From: a virus
Lineage: Duplodnaviria; Heunggongvirae; Uroviricota; Caudoviricetes
Direction: 5' to 3' (one strand)
Virus record (IMG/VR): IMGVR_UViG_2585427777_000028
Coordinates: 1 to 19,959 of that record
Length of the DNA: 19,959 nt
Numbering within the stretch: the stretch's first letter is position 1; each line of letters starts with the position of its first letter. Made by a program: the position numbers and the translations under genes. This document shows, piece by piece, positions 16,956 to 19,959 of this stretch. The notes under the pieces were generated by a model. The model was not told the DNA's origin. It did not search any database and saw nothing but the letters and a program-made list of their open reading frames with translations.

Positions 16956-17692
16956 GCAAGATTGACTATCAGGCACTGCGTGAAAAGGCAGAGAAAGCAA
17001 CTAAAGGAAGCTACATCGTAGGGCATACATCTGTTAACCAGCACGGCAATTTAACAGGAGTTTTTGTTTGTCAAAAATGGAAAGGAGAACCCGGTGGCGT
17101 GATTGCAGAATGTCATGTTAACTGCCTGGTTGAAACAGATGTTCAGGCTTATGCAAACGCTGAATTTATTGCTGCTTTTAATCCAAATGTTGCGCTGGCA
17201 TTGTTGGATGAGATCAACGCATTAGAGGAAACGCGTATCAACGATGTTTGCCGTATTGCGGAACTAACAAAACAACTGGAGTTGGCAAAATCAAAACTCA
17301 ACGAGCAGCGTGAATATTACGAAGGTGTTATCTCGGATGGAAGTAAGCGTATTGCTGAACTGGAGAAAAGCGAAGAGCAACTCATTAACGAGCGTGACCA
17401 TGCTGAGTCTGCTTTAGCTGATATGTATTTTGCAGCAACCGGGGATAGGCCTGAGTGGAGTAACTGGTTCGGTTTTTCAGATGCAGTAGATGCCGTAGTT
17501 GACAGAATTGCTGATTTAGAAGCTAAACAGCCATCGCCAGTAGTACCTGAAGGACTGATTAAAGCGGTGCGTTTTTATGAGCAGGTAAAACGTGAGAACC
17601 CGCCAGTCGAAACCGGAGCATGGAAAGACGCTGTTGACTGGGTGCTCAAAGAGGCTTGCCAAGCTGTAAACATTGGCATCAAAGGAGAGTGA
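16952..17692 (+). CDS. hypothetical coiled-coil protein (possibly Ea22-like)
   Basis: GTG start 6 nt after AAAGGAGG. Central region has a coiled-coil character ([35 protein letters not shown]...[18 protein letters not shown]). Confidence 0.45.
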   Translation: MSKIDYQALREKAEKATKGSYIVGHTSVNQHGNLTGVFVCQKWKGEPGGVIAECHVNCLVETDVQAYANAEFIAAFNPNVALALLDEINALEETRINDVCRIAELTKQLELAKSKLNEQREYYEGVISDGSKRIAELEKSEEQLINERDHAESALADMYFAATGDRPEWSNWFGFSDAVDAVVDRIADLEAKQPSPVVPEGLIKAVRFYEQVKRENPPVETGAWKDAVDWVLKEACQAVNIGIKGE

Positions 17693-17693
17693 T

Positions 17694-18776
17694 ATGACCA
17701 CTATAACCGATAAGAAACAGTATCCAGGCGAGCAATATCTTAATGAGCTAATCACCAACATAGAGTTTGCTGCAAGGGCACCAGTTGAAGTCGTGAGAGC
17801 GATGGCAGCAGAGCTACAGAAGCGGCGCGAAGCTGATAGTGCAGAACCTGTAAGCCAAACTTACAAGTTAACTTTTGAGCAATGGCTGGAACAGCAGCAC
17901 GGCAAAATTGATATTGATTGCGGCTGTGTGAGCACTGAAACGCTTATGCACTGGATGCGTGTGGCGTATGAGGCTGGCAACTCTCCGGTAATTCCAGGGG
18001 AGGTGCTGTCAGCAATTATGAAGGTTGCCAGGGCTCGTGCCGATTTCGATGATTTTGACGGTGACAGGCGAGGTATCGGTGATTGTCTGGATGAGGCTGA
18101 GCAAGAGCTTATCGTTACCATTAACAAATATGCCAGTCAGTTGGCAGCAGAACCGATAGCGACTAATGACGTTCGAGAGCAGCAGACAGCCGTTCCGCCA
18201 ATACAGGCTGATGTCGCGCAAGCAATTGAAAATCTCAAGCAGAAGTTAGTGGAATGCAATCGCTATAACTACTGCGCAGATGCAGTTAAGGGCGTAGAGG
18301 ATGCCTGCCACGCTGCCATGCTTCAGGGTAGCCAACCTGTAAGCCAAACTTACAAGTTGCCAGTTAATACACCTTGCCAAGATGCGCCAGCCCATATCTG
18401 GCTGCAAACAGCTGGAGTATGGCCAGAAGATGGCGAGTTAAGCGAATTAACGTGGTGCAGCCACAATCAGCACCATGATGACACGCTATATGTTCGAGCT
18501 GACTTGGTAAATGGCAACTCTCCGGTAACTCCGGATGGTTGGATAAGCTGTAGTGAGCGAATGCCAGAAATGGGAGAGCGACAATGCTATGTGTTAGCAG
18601 CTGACTTTAAAAACAACTACCCACCAAACATCCCCAACACTCAGGTCGGCGTATATGGCGACTGGTTTAATGATGGCAATCCAACTTGGGATGACGGTGA
18701 TGGCGAAGACCTGTATCTCAAAGAGGTAACCCACTGGATGCCTCTACCAGAACCGCCTCGATTAAAGGAGCTATAA
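17694..18776 (+). CDS. phage protein with DUF551-like C-terminal domain
   Basis: C-terminal WISCSERMPE...YVLAAD...THWMPLPEPP resembles the DUF551 signature as I recall it. RBS AAAGGAGAG. Contains an internal 23-bp direct repeat. Confidence 0.5.
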   Translation: MTTITDKKQYPGEQYLNELITNIEFAARAPVEVVRAMAAELQKRREADSAEPVSQTYKLTFEQWLEQQHGKIDIDCGCVSTETLMHWMRVAYEAGNSPVIPGEVLSAIMKVARARADFDDFDGDRRGIGDCLDEAEQELIVTINKYASQLAAEPIATNDVREQQTAVPPIQADVAQAIENLKQKLVECNRYNYCADAVKGVEDACHAAMLQGSQPVSQTYKLPVNTPCQDAPAHIWLQTAGVWPEDGELSELTWCSHNQHHDDTLYVRADLVNGNSPVTPDGWISCSERMPEMGERQCYVLAADFKNNYPPNIPNTQVGVYGDWFNDGNPTWDDGDGEDLYLKEVTHWMPLPEPPRLKEL

Positions 18777-18890
18777 TAGTGAACTATTATATCTATTTGT
18801 ATTAAAAGAGTTTTTATAAAATAAATCTTCCAAAGCATGTAAAAACACTGTTAATCTTAACGTGTGTGAAACGTGAAGAGAGGTGTTGAA

Positions 18891-19172
18891 ATGAGCATTC
18901 ATGATTTGTGTGAAGATCAAGAGCAATGGGCTATGCAGACCCTTATGGGATCAGGAATTCTTGCAAGGTGCAGAATCCATAACGATGTAATTTTAGACAG
19001 CGGAAGTGATGCTTCTTCTGCTTATAAATTAGGAACTTACCTATATCAAAAAGATAATAGCTGCAACTTATTCAATACTCTTACTGAAGCCCGCGACGCA
19101 ATAAAGGATGCATATGAATCGTATTGTGGGATTGATGATTGCCCACAATGCTCAAAATACATTGACGATTAA
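18891..19172 (+). CDS. hypothetical protein
   Basis: 93 aa from the ATG preceded by AGAGGTG. Cys-containing C-terminal region (CGIDDCPQC). Confidence 0.4.
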   Translation: MSIHDLCEDQEQWAMQTLMGSGILARCRIHNDVILDSGSDASSAYKLGTYLYQKDNSCNLFNTLTEARDAIKDAYESYCGIDDCPQCSKYIDD

Positions 19173-19260
19173 TAATATGAACAAGTAACTATCCTCGCAC
19201 TCGCGGGGATTTCTTTTATCTGAACTCGCTACGGCGGGGTTTGTTTTTTTGAGATGATAA

Positions 19261-19428
19261 ATGCACTTTCGAGTCACAGGTGAATGGAATGGAGAGCCAT
19301 TCAACAGAGTTATCGAAGCAGAGAACATCAATGACTGCTATGACCACTGGATGCTATGGGCGCAGATAGCACATGCAGACATAACCAATATTCGAATTGA
19401 AGAACTGAAAGAACACCAAGCCGCCTGA
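19261..19428 (+). CDS. hypothetical small protein (55 aa)
   Basis: MHFRVTGEWNGEPFNRVIEAENINDCYDHWMLWAQIAHADITNIRIEELKEHQAA. Its stop codon lies inside a strong terminator hairpin. Weak RBS; below the ORF-track length cutoff. Confidence 0.3.
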   Translation: MHFRVTGEWNGEPFNRVIEAENINDCYDHWMLWAQIAHADITNIRIEELKEHQAA

Positions 19429-19440
19429 TGGCGGTTTTTT
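19418..19440 (+). terminator. rho-independent terminator
   Basis: GCCGCC-TGAT-GGCGG followed by seven T. Confidence 0.55.
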
Positions 19441-19451
19441 TGGGGTAGTAG

Positions 19452-19667
19452 ATGGCTGAAATTCACATTATATCAATAACTTGTAATGCAATTCAGATAG
19501 TTGCTTGCATTATCTTTATTTTCTCAATCCTTCGCTCCAGACGATATTCTCCAGCAATTAACCGACATCCTGCACAAGTTGAAGCCGTCAGGATGGCTAT
19601 AGAGTTACGAAATGAGATGAATAAGGCATTAATGGAGATGGGGAAACCATTCACTGACAAACATTAA
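19452..19667 (+). CDS. hypothetical small protein with N-terminal hydrophobic segment
   Basis: 71 aa ORF starting just after the terminator. No recognisable family; coding status uncertain. Confidence 0.25.
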   Translation: MAEIHIISITCNAIQIVACIIFIFSILRSRRYSPAINRHPAQVEAVRMAIELRNEMNKALMEMGKPFTDKH

Positions 19668-19767
19668 GAGTGGAAATAAAGAAATCACACCGCCTCACAC
19701 TCGATGAGGCCTGTTCATATCTGATAGAGCTGCTATATGGCGGTTTCTTTTTGCCTGGAGAATTAAG

Positions 19768-19959
19768 ATGACCGATACCATCCTGATTCCTGAGAAAGAA
19801 GTGATGAACAAGCTCGGTGTTTCATCACGTCAGACAATCTGGAACTATACCAAACGGCACGGATTTCCGAAGCCAGTCAGAACCCACCCCAAATCATACC
19901 TTCGTGAAGCTGTTGAAGGGTGGATTCTTAACGGTGGCGTTAATCAGAAATGCTCCTGA
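19768..19959 (+). CDS. AlpA/excisionase-family DNA-binding protein (probable excisionase)
   Basis: ILIPEKEVMNKLGVSSRQTIWNYTKRHGFPKPV fits the AlpA/Xis-type HTH pattern. RBS GGAGA. Its position at the end of the early-left operon implies an integrase just beyond the window. Confidence 0.6.
   Translation: MTDTILIPEKEVMNKLGVSSRQTIWNYTKRHGFPKPVRTHPKSYLREAVEGWILNGGVNQKCS

Noticed and set aside
1-19959. CRISPR arrays, tRNA/rRNA genes, IS elements, integrase.
   Set aside because: No regularly spaced short repeats, no cloverleaf-like or rRNA-like segments, and no transposase-like ORF or terminal inverted repeats were seen. The integrase and att site are inferred to lie outside the window.

Overview
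The window lies almost entirely inside a mosaic lambdoid prophage, read in inverted orientation. The + strand carries the leftward early operon: cI, then N, cIII, kil, a recombination module and an excisionase-like gene at the right edge, so int/attL should lie beyond 19959. The - strand carries cro, cII, a truncated replication gene O, two putative DNA-ejection genes, a P22-type immI region (arc-ant, with divergent mnt) and a P22-like tailspike. The prophage looks defective: O is cut after about 70 codons and joined directly to the 3' part of a virion gene, so replication, lysis and head genes appear to be absent. The most interesting cargo is a three-gene toxin-antitoxin-chaperone (TAC) module in the slot lambda uses for rexAB: a HigB-like toxin, a HigA-like antitoxin with a long C-terminal extension, and a SecB-like chaperone. 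Other cargo includes a ClpP-fold peptidase translationally coupled to mnt, and an HExxH protein divergent from a membrane-anchored protein. All calls rest on reading the six-frame translations and recalled family motifs; no database search was run. CDS coordinates follow the ORF track, but hand-counted coordinates for non-coding sites may be off by 1-2 nt. No rRNA, tRNA, CRISPR array or IS element was recognised.
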